From the NCBI RefSeq assembly GCF_000023965.1, contig NC_013202.1, positions 2,160,001 through 2,192,000 of the forward strand: 32,000 nucleotides of DNA, read 5' to 3'. Under the pieces are notes generated by a model. It worked only from the letters and a program-made list of their open reading frames with translations. It was not told the origin of the DNA and made no database searches. Below are positions 15,781 through 23,802 of this stretch, in pieces (positions within the stretch are counted from its first letter, which is position 1; each line of letters opens with the position of its first letter). A program made the position numbers and the translations under genes. The stretch comes from Halomicrobium mukohataei DSM 12286. Lineage in GTDB: Archaea; Halobacteriota; Halobacteria; Halobacteriales; Haloarculaceae.

Positions 15781-16746
15781 ATGGACGTAGGTGTACTCAC
15801 CGTCCCGCTTGGTGACCAGTCTCTCGAAGACGCACTCTCCTATCTCGACGGCGTCGGCGTCGACGCCGTCGAGCTCGGCTGTGGGGGCTTCCCCGGCGAC
15901 GACCACCTGCCACGCGAGCGGTACCTCGACGACGAGGACGCACAGGCCGAACTGCACGCCCTGCTCGACGAGTACGAGATGCGAGTCAGCGCGCTCGCGA
16001 CGCACAACAACCCGCTCCACCCGGACGACGAGCGCGCGGCCCGCGCCGACACCGAACTCCGCGAGGCGATCACGCTGGCCGACCAGCTCGGCGTCGACGC
16101 CGTGACGTGTTTCTCCGGGCTGCCGGCGGGGAGCGACGCCGGCACGGTCCCCAACTGGATCACCGCGCCGTGGCCCAACGAACACGCCGAGGCCCTGGCG
16201 TACCAGTGGGAACTGGCCGTCGACTACTGGTCGGATCTGGCCGAGCACGCGGCCGACCACGACGTGCAGATCGCCATCGAGATGCACCCCAACATGCTCG
16301 TCTACGAGCCCCACGGACTGCTGGACCTGCGCGAGATGACCAACGAGCACGTCGGCGCGAACTTCGACCCCTCACACCTGTACTGGCAGGGAATCTCGAT
16401 CACGGACGCGATCCGACTGCTGGGCGAACGCGACGCCATCCACCACTTCCACGCCAAGGACACGAAAGTCTACGAGGAGCGCGCCCGCACGCGGGGCGTG
16501 CTCGACACGACAGCCTACACCGACGAGCTGGAGCGCTCGTGGCTGTTCCGCTCGGTCGGCTACGGCCACGGTGAAGACCACTGGCGCGACGTAGTTTCGA
16601 CGCTCCGGATGGTGGGCTACGACGGCGCGCTCTCGATCGAACACGAGGACTCGCTGACCTCCGCCAACGAGGGCCTGGAGAAAGCCGTCGACCTCCTCGA
16701 CGACGTGATCTTCGAGACGACGCCCGGCGAGGCCCACTGGGTGTAG
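15781..16746 (+). CDS. Xylose-isomerase-like TIM-barrel protein ('sugar phosphate isomerase/epimerase' family)
   Basis: Metal and active-site-like motifs are spaced as in this family: IAIEMHP, NFDPSH, HFHAKD and SIEHED. Length is 321 aa. Confidence 0.8.
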   Translation: MDVGVLTVPLGDQSLEDALSYLDGVGVDAVELGCGGFPGDDHLPRERYLDDEDAQAELHALLDEYEMRVSALATHNNPLHPDDERAARADTELREAITLADQLGVDAVTCFSGLPAGSDAGTVPNWITAPWPNEHAEALAYQWELAVDYWSDLAEHAADHDVQIAIEMHPNMLVYEPHGLLDLREMTNEHVGANFDPSHLYWQGISITDAIRLLGERDAIHHFHAKDTKVYEERARTRGVLDTTAYTDELERSWLFRSVGYGHGEDHWRDVVSTLRMVGYDGALSIEHEDSLTSANEGLEKAVDLLDDVIFETTPGEAHWV

Positions 16747-16793
16747 GCTGTCGCTGCTCCGGCGTTGGCCAGCGGTCGCTGGGGGTTTCTTTC

Positions 16794-16874
16794 ATACGGA
16801 TTATTGTAGCGATTTACCGGTGATCGTCGCCACGGAGTAGACGATCACCGGTAAGCAACTACAAGAAACCGTAT
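16794..16874. repeat. 81-nt foldback: about 35-nt imperfect inverted repeat with a perfect 15-bp core
   Basis: The core ttaccggtgatcgtc (16814-16828) pairs with gacgatcaccggtaa (16840-16854) around an 11-nt loop. The outer arms atacggattattgtag / ctacaagaaaccgtat match 14 of 16. Confidence 0.8.
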
Positions 16875-16924
16875 CAGCGCCACGCTTATTGGAGCGCTCT
16901 GTGAACCCCGGCGCAGGTGATACG

Positions 16925-17647
16925 ATGGAGTTCGAACTCACACACCGCCCGTCCTACACGCACGTCGTCGTCGAACTCGGCAGCGGCGAGACGATCCTCG
17001 CCGAGCCCGGTGCGATGACGACCCACTCCTCCAACATTTCGATGGACACGACGACGAGCAACGAGGGGCTACTCAGCTCCGCGAAGTCGATGCTCGGCGG
17101 CGAGTCCTTCTTCGCCAACGAGTTCACCGCGGAGGGTGGCACCGGCACGGTCACGCTCGCCCCGCCCACGCCCGGCGACGTGATGCAGTACGAGCTGTCC
17201 GACGAGACCATCTACGCGGTCGACGGCGCGTGGCTGGCTTCCGAGCCGTCGATCTCGATCGAGACCGAGTTCGGCGGCCTCAAGTCGATGCTCGCCGGGG
17301 CCAGCATCACGCCGCTGACCCTCGAAGGCACCGGCACCGTCTTCGTCGAGGCCTTCGGCGGTCTCGAATCGATCGAGCTCGGGGCCGGCGAGACCTACCA
17401 CGTCGACAACGAGAACGTCGTCGCCTGGGACGGCTCCGTCGACTTCGACGCCCGTCGCCCGGACGGGGTCAAGTCGACGCTGCTCAGCGGTGAGGGACTC
17501 GTCTTCGAGTTCACCGGACCGGGGACGGTCTGGTACCAGACCCGCGGACTCAACGCCTTCGCCTCGGCGGTCGCGGAGCTGCTCCCCGGCGGTGACAGTG
17601 GCGGCGGCAACAGCGACAGCGGCGTCGACGTCGACGACTTCCTGTAA
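16925..17647 (+). CDS. AIM24 / TIGR00266 (DUF124) family protein
   Basis: The beta-rich sequence MEFELTHRPSYTHVVVELGSGETILAEPGAM...VFEFTGPGTVWYQTRG follows the family pattern. I placed the start at ATG 16925, because the ORF-track start at 16889 is a TTG. Confidence 0.7.
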   Translation: MEFELTHRPSYTHVVVELGSGETILAEPGAMTTHSSNISMDTTTSNEGLLSSAKSMLGGESFFANEFTAEGGTGTVTLAPPTPGDVMQYELSDETIYAVDGAWLASEPSISIETEFGGLKSMLAGASITPLTLEGTGTVFVEAFGGLESIELGAGETYHVDNENVVAWDGSVDFDARRPDGVKSTLLSGEGLVFEFTGPGTVWYQTRGLNAFASAVAELLPGGDSGGGNSDSGVDVDDFL

Positions 17648-17715
17648 CTCTCGTCGTCGCCCGCTGGCGTGTCCGAGGACAAGAACTATACTGGCCAGGG
17701 GGCGAACCCCCGAGT

Positions 17716-18831
17716 GTGACACTCGACATCGGCATTCTGGGCTATCGGTTCATGGGCAAGGCCCACTCGAACGCGCTCGACCGCCTGCCCATGTTCTTCG
17801 AGGACGCACCGCAGACGAATCGAGACGTGCTGGTGGGCCGCGACGAGGCGGCGCTCGCGGACGCCGCCGACACGCTCGGCTTCGACCGGACCGCCACTGA
17901 CTGGCGCGAGGTCGTCGACGAGGTCGACGCGTTCTACAACCTCGGACCGAACCACGTCCACGCCGAGCCCTCGATCGCGGCACTGGAAGCGGGCACGCCG
18001 GTCCTCTGTGAGAAGCCCCTCGCGCCCACGCTCGCCGGGGCCGAGGAGATGGCCGACGCCGCCAGCGAAGCGGGCGTCACCGCCGGCACGGCCTTCAACT
18101 ACCGGTTCGTACCGGCACTCCAGTACGCGCGGAACCTGATCGACGACGGCGAACTCGGCGAGATCCACCACTTCCGCGGACGCTATCTCCAGGACTGGCT
18201 CGTCGATCCCGAGGCCCCCTGGAGCTGGCGCAACGACGCGGAGATGGCCGGCAGCGGCGCGCTGGGCGATCTCGGTGCCCACACCGTCGACCTCGCGCAC
18301 TTCCTGCTCGGCGACACCGCGGGCGACATCGAACGGCTCAGCGGACACCTCCGGACGTTCGTCGACGAGCGCCCGGTCGAAGCAAGCGAGGGCGAGACTC
18401 GTCCGGTCACCGTCGACGACGCTTACAGCGCCCAGGTCGAGTTCGAGTCGGGCGCGATGGGCACGCTGGAGGGCTCGCGCTTCTCGAACGGTCACAAGAA
18501 CGACCACACGATCGAGATCGAGGGCTCGGAGGGCAGCCTGCGGTTCTCTCTCGAACGGCTCAACGAACTGGAGCTCAAACGCGGGGACAATCGCGGCTTC
18601 GAGACGATCCTGGTGACTGACGCCGACGACCCCTACGTCGAGCACTGGTGGCCGCCGGGTCACGTCATCGGCTGGGAACACACCTTCGTCCACGAGAACT
18701 ACGAGTTCCTCACCGCCGTCCGGGACGGCACCGACTACGAACCGAGCTTCGAGGACGGGCTCCGCGCCCAGCGGGTCCTCGACGCGATCGAGCGCAGCGA
18801 CGAGCTCGGGGAGTGGGTGAGCGTCGAATGA
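17716..18831 (+). CDS. Gfo/Idh/MocA-family NAD(P)-dependent oxidoreductase (copy 1)
   Basis: The N-terminal Rossmann segment IGILGYRFMGKAH and the EKP motif (VLCEKPLA) identify the family. The start is GTG, with TATA-like ACTATAC ~30 nt upstream. Confidence 0.85.
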   Translation: MTLDIGILGYRFMGKAHSNALDRLPMFFEDAPQTNRDVLVGRDEAALADAADTLGFDRTATDWREVVDEVDAFYNLGPNHVHAEPSIAALEAGTPVLCEKPLAPTLAGAEEMADAASEAGVTAGTAFNYRFVPALQYARNLIDDGELGEIHHFRGRYLQDWLVDPEAPWSWRNDAEMAGSGALGDLGAHTVDLAHFLLGDTAGDIERLSGHLRTFVDERPVEASEGETRPVTVDDAYSAQVEFESGAMGTLEGSRFSNGHKNDHTIEIEGSEGSLRFSLERLNELELKRGDNRGFETILVTDADDPYVEHWWPPGHVIGWEHTFVHENYEFLTAVRDGTDYEPSFEDGLRAQRVLDAIERSDELGEWVSVE

Positions 18832-19925
18832 CCGACGTGACCGTCGCACCGCTGCTGGATCGGCTGGACGACTACCTCGAACGGGAGGGACTCGAAGCGG
18901 TCTGGTTCGCGCGGCCGAACTCCTTCGCGTGGCTCACCGGCGGCGGGAACAACGTCGTCGATCGCGCGACCGACATCGGGGTCGCCGCGGTGGGCTACGA
19001 CGGCGACGAGCGGACCGTCGTGACGAACAACATCGAGGGCCAGCGGCTGATCGACGAGGAGGTCGGTGACGTGCCCGTCGAGACCGTCCAGTGGTACGAG
19101 GACGGCGTCGCCGAGGCGATCCGCGCACACAGCCCGACCCCCGCGGCCGCCGACTTCGAGGTCGAGGGGTTCGACACCGTCGAAGCGCGCGATCTGCGAC
19201 AGCCCCTGACGGCCGACCAGATCGAGCAGTACCGTTCGCTGGCCGTCGACGCGACGAGGGCGTTCGAGAGCGTCCTGCGCGAGGCCAGTAGCGACGCGAC
19301 CGAACGGGCGGTCACGGCCGACATCCACCGCGAACTCGAAGCGGAGGGCATCTGGGCTCCCGTCGTGCTCGTCGGTGGGAGCGAGCGCGCACCGGCGTAC
19401 CGACACTACACGTCGACGGACACGGAACTGGGTGACTACGCGCTGGCGAGCATCACGGCGATGCGAGACGGCCTGTTCGTCAGCACCTCCCGGACGATCG
19501 CGTTCGACGCGCCGGAATGGCTGGCCGAACGGACCGAAGACGCCGCCCGCGTCGAGACCACGGCGCTGGCGGCGACCCGGCGCGTCGGCCGCGAGAGTGG
19601 GACTGCCGGCGACGTGTTCGCGGCCGTCCAGGACGCCTACGCCCAGCTTGGCTGGGCAGGCGAGTGGGAGAACCACCACCAGGGCGGTGCGGCCGGCTTC
19701 GCCGGTCGCGAGTGGATCGCGACGCCCACCCACGACGCACCGGTCCACCTGCCGATGGCGTACTCGTGGAACCCGACGGTCCAGGGAGCAAAGAGCGAGG
19801 ACACGCATCTGGTGACCGACGAGAGCGTCGAGCCCATCTCGGTGACCGGTGAGTGGCCCCGGACGACGGTCTCGGCCGTCGGGACCGACCTGACGCTCGA
19901 CCGCCACGACGTGCTCCACTTGTAG
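18828..19925 (+). CDS. M24 (creatinase/prolidase) fold protein, apparently lacking the metal ligands
   Basis: A creatinase-like N-domain is followed by a pita-bread-like C-domain (GDYALASITAMRDGLFVSTSRT ... SEDTHLVT). ATG 18828 overlaps the stop of the upstream oxidoreductase gene (ATGA). Confidence 0.65.
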   Translation: MTDVTVAPLLDRLDDYLEREGLEAVWFARPNSFAWLTGGGNNVVDRATDIGVAAVGYDGDERTVVTNNIEGQRLIDEEVGDVPVETVQWYEDGVAEAIRAHSPTPAAADFEVEGFDTVEARDLRQPLTADQIEQYRSLAVDATRAFESVLREASSDATERAVTADIHRELEAEGIWAPVVLVGGSERAPAYRHYTSTDTELGDYALASITAMRDGLFVSTSRTIAFDAPEWLAERTEDAARVETTALAATRRVGRESGTAGDVFAAVQDAYAQLGWAGEWENHHQGGAAGFAGREWIATPTHDAPVHLPMAYSWNPTVQGAKSEDTHLVTDESVEPISVTGEWPRTTVSAVGTDLTLDRHDVLHL

Positions 19926-19941
19926 CTCCGGGCCGACATTC

Positions 19942-19960
19942 TTTTACAACCACTGTTGTA
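19942..19960 (+). promoter_or_regulatory. TTTACAAC-family box b with the perfect palindrome TACAAC-N4-GTTGTA
   Basis: ttttacaaccactgttgta lies 44 nt before ATG 20004. Confidence 0.45.
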
Positions 19961-20003
19961 TCTATTGCAAACGTCTAAGTACCCCCTCTCCAGTCGTCTT
20001 GAT

Positions 20004-21662
20004 ATGGCACAGGAACGCACCTGGTGGAAGGAGGCGGTCGTCTACCAGATCTACCCCCGAAGCTTCTACGACGCGGACGGCGACGGGATCGGTGACCTAC
20101 AGGGCGTCATCGAGAAACTGGACTACGTCGCCGATCTCGGCGTCGACGTCATCTGGCTCAACCCCGTCTACGACTCTCCCCAGCGTGACAACGGCTACGA
20201 CATCAGCGACTATCGGTCGATCGACGAGACGTTCGGCGACATGGACACCTGGCGTCGACTGCTCGACGAGATCCACGCCCGCGACATGCGCCTCGTGATG
20301 GATCTCGTCGTCAACCACACGTCGGTCGACCACGAGTGGTTCCAGCGATCGCGACGCGGCGATCCGGAGTACGAGGACTTCTACCACTGGCGAGAGACCG
20401 AAGACGGCGAGCCGCCCAACAACTGGGACTCCTTTTTCGGCGGATCGGCGTGGGAACGCGACGCGGTCAGGGACGAGCAGTATCTCCACCTCTACGACAC
20501 GAGCCAGCCGGACCTGAACTGGGCCAACGAAGCCGTTCGCGAAGCGGTCTACGAGATCGTCGACTGGTGGTTCCAGCAGGGGATCGACGGCTTCCGCATG
20601 GACGTGATCAACCTCCTCTCGAAGGCCGAGGGGCTCCCCGACGGCGACCCCGACAGCGAGTGGGTCGGCTCCGAGCACTTCGTCGACGGACCCGAACTGC
20701 TCGACTACCTCGTGGAACTCGAAGAGCGGGTCCTGTCGAACTACGACGGGCTGACCGTCGGGGAGATGCCCCAGTTGACCGTCGAGCAGGCACGGACCTA
20801 CGCGGGGGCCGACGGCCCGCTGGACCTGGCCTTTCACTTCCAGCACACGAAACTCGACTACGGACCGGACGGGCGTTGGTCGGTCGGCGAGTGGGACCTG
20901 ACCGAGCTCAAGGCGATCACGGACCGCTGGCAGACCGAACTCGCCGAGGACGGCTGGAACGCGCTCTACTGGGAGAACCACGACCAGCCCCGCGTCGTCT
21001 CTCGCTACGGCGATCCCGACGAGTACCGCCGGGAGTCGGCCACGATGCTGGGGACGTTCGTGCTCACGCTCCGGGGCACGCCGTTCGTCTACCAGGGCCA
21101 GGAGCTCGGGATGACGAACGCGCCGTTTCCGACGATCGACGATCTCCGTGACGTGGACGCGATCAACCACGCTCGCGAGCTGATGGCAGCGCGCGACTGC
21201 GAGTACGACGCGGTCAGGTCGATCGTCGAGTACCGCACCCGCGACAACGCGCGGACGCCGATGCAGTGGTCCGACGACGACCACGCGGGCTTTACCGACG
21301 GCGAGCCCTGGATCGACGCGAACCCCAACTACTCCACGGTCAACGTCGAACGCGAGCGAGCCGATCCGGAGTCGGTCCTGTCGTACTACCGAGAGCTGAT
21401 CGACCTGCGCTCGTCGACGCCGACGCTGATCTACGGCGAGTTCCTCGACCTGCTGCCGGACGACCGACAGGTGTACGCCTACGAGCGACGCCGCGAGGAC
21501 GATCGCATCGTCGTCGTGCTGAACACGTCCGGGTCCGCGGCGTCCGTCGAACTCCCGGTCGGGGTGCCCGAAGCGTGTCTCCTCTCGAACTACGACGAGC
21601 CTCCGACGGACCTCTCGGGTGCCACCCTCCGGCCCTACGAAGCGGCCGTCTACCGCGTCTAG
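20004..21662 (+). CDS. Cytoplasmic GH13 alpha-glucosidase (oligo-1,6-glucosidase / trehalose-6-P hydrolase / sucrose-isomerase-like subfamily)
   Basis: WWKEAVVYQIYPRSF, DGDGIGDL, DLVVNHTS, GFRMDVINL (nucleophile Asp), VGEMP (acid/base Glu) and YWENHDQPR are present. There is no signal peptide. I placed the start at ATG 20004. Confidence 0.9.
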   Translation: MAQERTWWKEAVVYQIYPRSFYDADGDGIGDLQGVIEKLDYVADLGVDVIWLNPVYDSPQRDNGYDISDYRSIDETFGDMDTWRRLLDEIHARDMRLVMDLVVNHTSVDHEWFQRSRRGDPEYEDFYHWRETEDGEPPNNWDSFFGGSAWERDAVRDEQYLHLYDTSQPDLNWANEAVREAVYEIVDWWFQQGIDGFRMDVINLLSKAEGLPDGDPDSEWVGSEHFVDGPELLDYLVELEERVLSNYDGLTVGEMPQLTVEQARTYAGADGPLDLAFHFQHTKLDYGPDGRWSVGEWDLTELKAITDRWQTELAEDGWNALYWENHDQPRVVSRYGDPDEYRRESATMLGTFVLTLRGTPFVYQGQELGMTNAPFPTIDDLRDVDAINHARELMAARDCEYDAVRSIVEYRTRDNARTPMQWSDDDHAGFTDGEPWIDANPNYSTVNVERERADPESVLSYYRELIDLRSSTPTLIYGEFLDLLPDDRQVYAYERRREDDRIVVVLNTSGSAASVELPVGVPEACLLSNYDEPPTDLSGATLRPYEAAVYRV

Positions 21663-22297
21663 TCCTCGGAGCCGACCCGGATGACCTGCAGCAGCGAGTA
21701 CACCGGGACGCCCTTCACGTCGCCGAGTCCCTGCTTGTCGGCCAGGACGACACAGGCGACCGGGTTCCCGCCCTGATTCCGGATCGCCTCGATCGTCTCC
21801 GTCATCGTCGTTCCGGAGGTGATCGTGTCGTCGACGACGTAGCAGTCCCGACCGCGAATCTGGGCGAAGTTCCGGGAGAACGAGCCGTCCAGCGACTGAT
21901 CGCTGTCGTCGTCCCACTGGTGCTTGCTGGGTGCGTACGTCCCCAGGTCGGCGTCGAGTTCGCGGGCGACAGTCGTCGCCAGGGGCGCGCCCGCCTTCTC
22001 GATCCCCATCACGAGGTCGACCGCTTCGCCCTGCTTGAGCAGGAGGTCGGCCATCGCGGAGCCGACCGCGGCGAGGCGGCTGCTGTCCCTGCCGATCGTA
22101 CTCCAGTCGACGTGGATGTCGTACGGGCCGCCGTTGGGCTCGCTCGTCGAGCCGGTGCCGGTGCCGCTCCCGCTTTGCTCGACGAGCCAGCTCGCGGTCT
22201 CCCGCGAGACGTTCAGCTCGTCGGCGATCTCGCCCTTCGAAAGGCCGTGTTCTGCCAGATCTGCCGCACTCTCGATCAGATCGTCGATGTTCTTCAT
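21659..22297 (-). CDS. gfcR: HTH + phosphoribosyltransferase-like domain regulator (PyrE-like protein / GfcR family)
   Basis: The N-terminal HTH is LSKGEIADELNVSRETASWLV. The C-terminal PRT motif is CYVVDDTITSGTT. This architecture matches the Haloferax volcanii sugar-catabolism activator GfcR as I recall it. A TATA-like TATTAAT lies ~28 nt upstream. Confidence 0.75.
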   Translation of the reverse strand: MKNIDDLIESAADLAEHGLSKGEIADELNVSRETASWLVEQSGSGTGTGSTSEPNGGPYDIHVDWSTIGRDSSRLAAVGSAMADLLLKQGEAVDLVMGIEKAGAPLATTVARELDADLGTYAPSKHQWDDDSDQSLDGSFSRNFAQIRGRDCYVVDDTITSGTTMTETIEAIRNQGGNPVACVVLADKQGLGDVKGVPVYSLLQVIRVGSED

Positions 22298-22403
22298 GGT
22301 GGTCCATCTGACCGGGAGGGATTAATACCCAGGGGGATCTCGACGACCCCGGAACGCTCACGTCTGACGACGGTCACCGCACTCACGGCTCCGATCGTCA
22401 GAC

Positions 22404-22425
22404 TTTTGCAACACCTGCTGTTAAC
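22404..22425 (-). promoter_or_regulatory. Inverted copy of the TTTACAAC-family box (c), ~110-130 nt upstream of gfcR
   Basis: The minus strand reads gttaacagcaggtgttgcaaaa, which matches the SBP-gene box gtttacaacaggtgtggttaac at 16 of 22 positions. Confidence 0.4.
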
Positions 22426-22738
22426 TGAGAACGGCTGGGTACACAGACCGTCGTTCGCCCCCCGAGCGACGGAGGCAGACACCCTTTCCCCCCACTACAT
22501 CTGCCGTTATCCCCCCCCCACACCAAACCCGGCCACCGTTCTGTAGTAGCCACCGTGGATCGGTGGCCGCCGCCGGCACGCGATCGTGCGGTCTGGGGCC
22601 ACGGTCCACACTATCGCTCGTCGGACACGGACAGTCGCCGGTCATACTACCGGCTGTACATCTGTCACGGATTTCGCCACCCGGGGTGGCGAATATCTGA
22701 ACGAAGGTACAGCCGGCAGTATCAGCGGGACCGTTCTG

Positions 22739-23530
22739 TCACTCCGGGTCGGGGAGCCGCAAGAATCGCTGTTCACACTCCGGGCAGACGAGCGTCTCGC
22801 GGGGTTTCTCGCGCGGATTCGTGTACCCGCCACAGCAGGACACCTCCGACGATCGATCGAAGGCGGTCCCACAGGCCGGACAGTCGGTGAGGAACTCTCG
22901 GAGTGGCCTGGCCATCGCGAGCCGATCCGCGGGGTCGTCGACGTGCGGTTCGAGGGCGGTGACGGCACCGAGTTCGGCGATCGCGACGTGGCGAGCGACG
23001 AGTGCGGTCTGTCCGCCGACTGCGAGCCACTCCCGTCCGTCCTGCTCGACCGGCCGTGCCGACGGCACGCTCGGTACCGACGCCAGTTCGTCCGCCAGGT
23101 CGTCGAGTGACTGGGAGGCGAGCCGGTCCATCTCGGCGTGCCAGCGGCGCTCGAAGTCCGGATCGAGATACACGCGCTCTTCGTCGGCGTCGAGCAGGCC
23201 GGCCCGTCGGAGCTCCCCGAGCAGTCGATCCCCGTCTCGGGACCGGTCCGCGATCGATCCCGGCTCGTTGGTGTCGTGGAACCACGTCGTCGGGATCGGT
23301 GACGCCGCGACCAGTCGGGGCGCGAACTGCGGGGTGTATGGAACGAGGTACCCCCGGAGCCAGATCACGACGAGTCCGACGACGAGGACGGCGGCCCCCG
23401 CGAGAGGTCGTCCGAGCACGACCACGACGTTGACGGCGAGCCACAGAATCGCGACGTTGACCAGCGTACAGGGGATACAGCGCCGCGAGCCGGTGTGTGC
23501 CGGATTCCGGAGCGCGCCGAGGAGACTCAT
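22739..23530 (-). CDS. Hypothetical membrane protein with an N-terminal CxxC, two TM helices and a C-terminal zinc ribbon
   Basis: CIPC lies before two hydrophobic helices. The C-terminus is CPACG-X14-CC...CPEC. Composition is acidic and haloarchaeal. I recognised no family. Confidence 0.55.
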   Translation of the reverse strand: MSLLGALRNPAHTGSRRCIPCTLVNVAILWLAVNVVVVLGRPLAGAAVLVVGLVVIWLRGYLVPYTPQFAPRLVAASPIPTTWFHDTNEPGSIADRSRDGDRLLGELRRAGLLDADEERVYLDPDFERRWHAEMDRLASQSLDDLADELASVPSVPSARPVEQDGREWLAVGGQTALVARHVAIAELGAVTALEPHVDDPADRLAMARPLREFLTDCPACGTAFDRSSEVSCCGGYTNPREKPRETLVCPECEQRFLRLPDPE

Positions 23531-23596
23531 AGCGTCGTCGACGGCTGCCAGTGGCTTCAGCGTTGTCGAAGTCGACGTTGCCCGCCGCCACCAATA

Positions 23597-23617
23597 TTTT
23601 TAACAACTGGTGTGGTT
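23597..23617 (+). promoter_or_regulatory. TTTACAAC-family box d (TTTTTAACAACTGGTGTGGTT)
   Basis: This box matches box e at 17 of 19 positions. It lies in the divergent region between 22739-23530 (-) and trmB (+). An ATG at 23627 lies 24 nt after the ACAAC core. Confidence 0.45.
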
Positions 23618-23802
23618 AGTAGTTGCATGGCCATCTGGTCACTCACGCTCGACGGCCGTCTCGGTGTCGAGGAACGACGGTCGCCGTCACCGCCCCCGCG
23701 GGTTCACGCGAGTGCGCCACCGAACGGGGTGTCAATCACGGGAACGGATGCCGTACAGAACAACGAACATATAACTCATCCTCCGGAAGCGCCAGTCAAA
23801 CG

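Noticed and set aside
18828-19925. Calling the M24-fold gene an Xaa-Pro aminopeptidase or prolidase
   Set aside because: By eye, four of the five canonical metal ligands are substituted, so a peptidase annotation would probably be wrong. I report it as an M24-fold protein of unknown activity.
20097-22361. 754-aa minus-strand ORF spanning the GH13 gene and gfcR
   Set aside because: This is an antisense artefact. Its sequence is R/P/G/D-rich, whereas the plus-strand frame carries all the GH13 catalytic motifs.
22555-23110. ORFs 22555-22890 and 22586-23110 (+), plus 22294-22482 and 22421-22645 (-), as genes filling the long intergenic gap
   Set aside because: Their compositions are basic and Arg/Ser/Cys-rich with no motifs. 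Two of them run antisense into the well-supported 22739-23530 gene.
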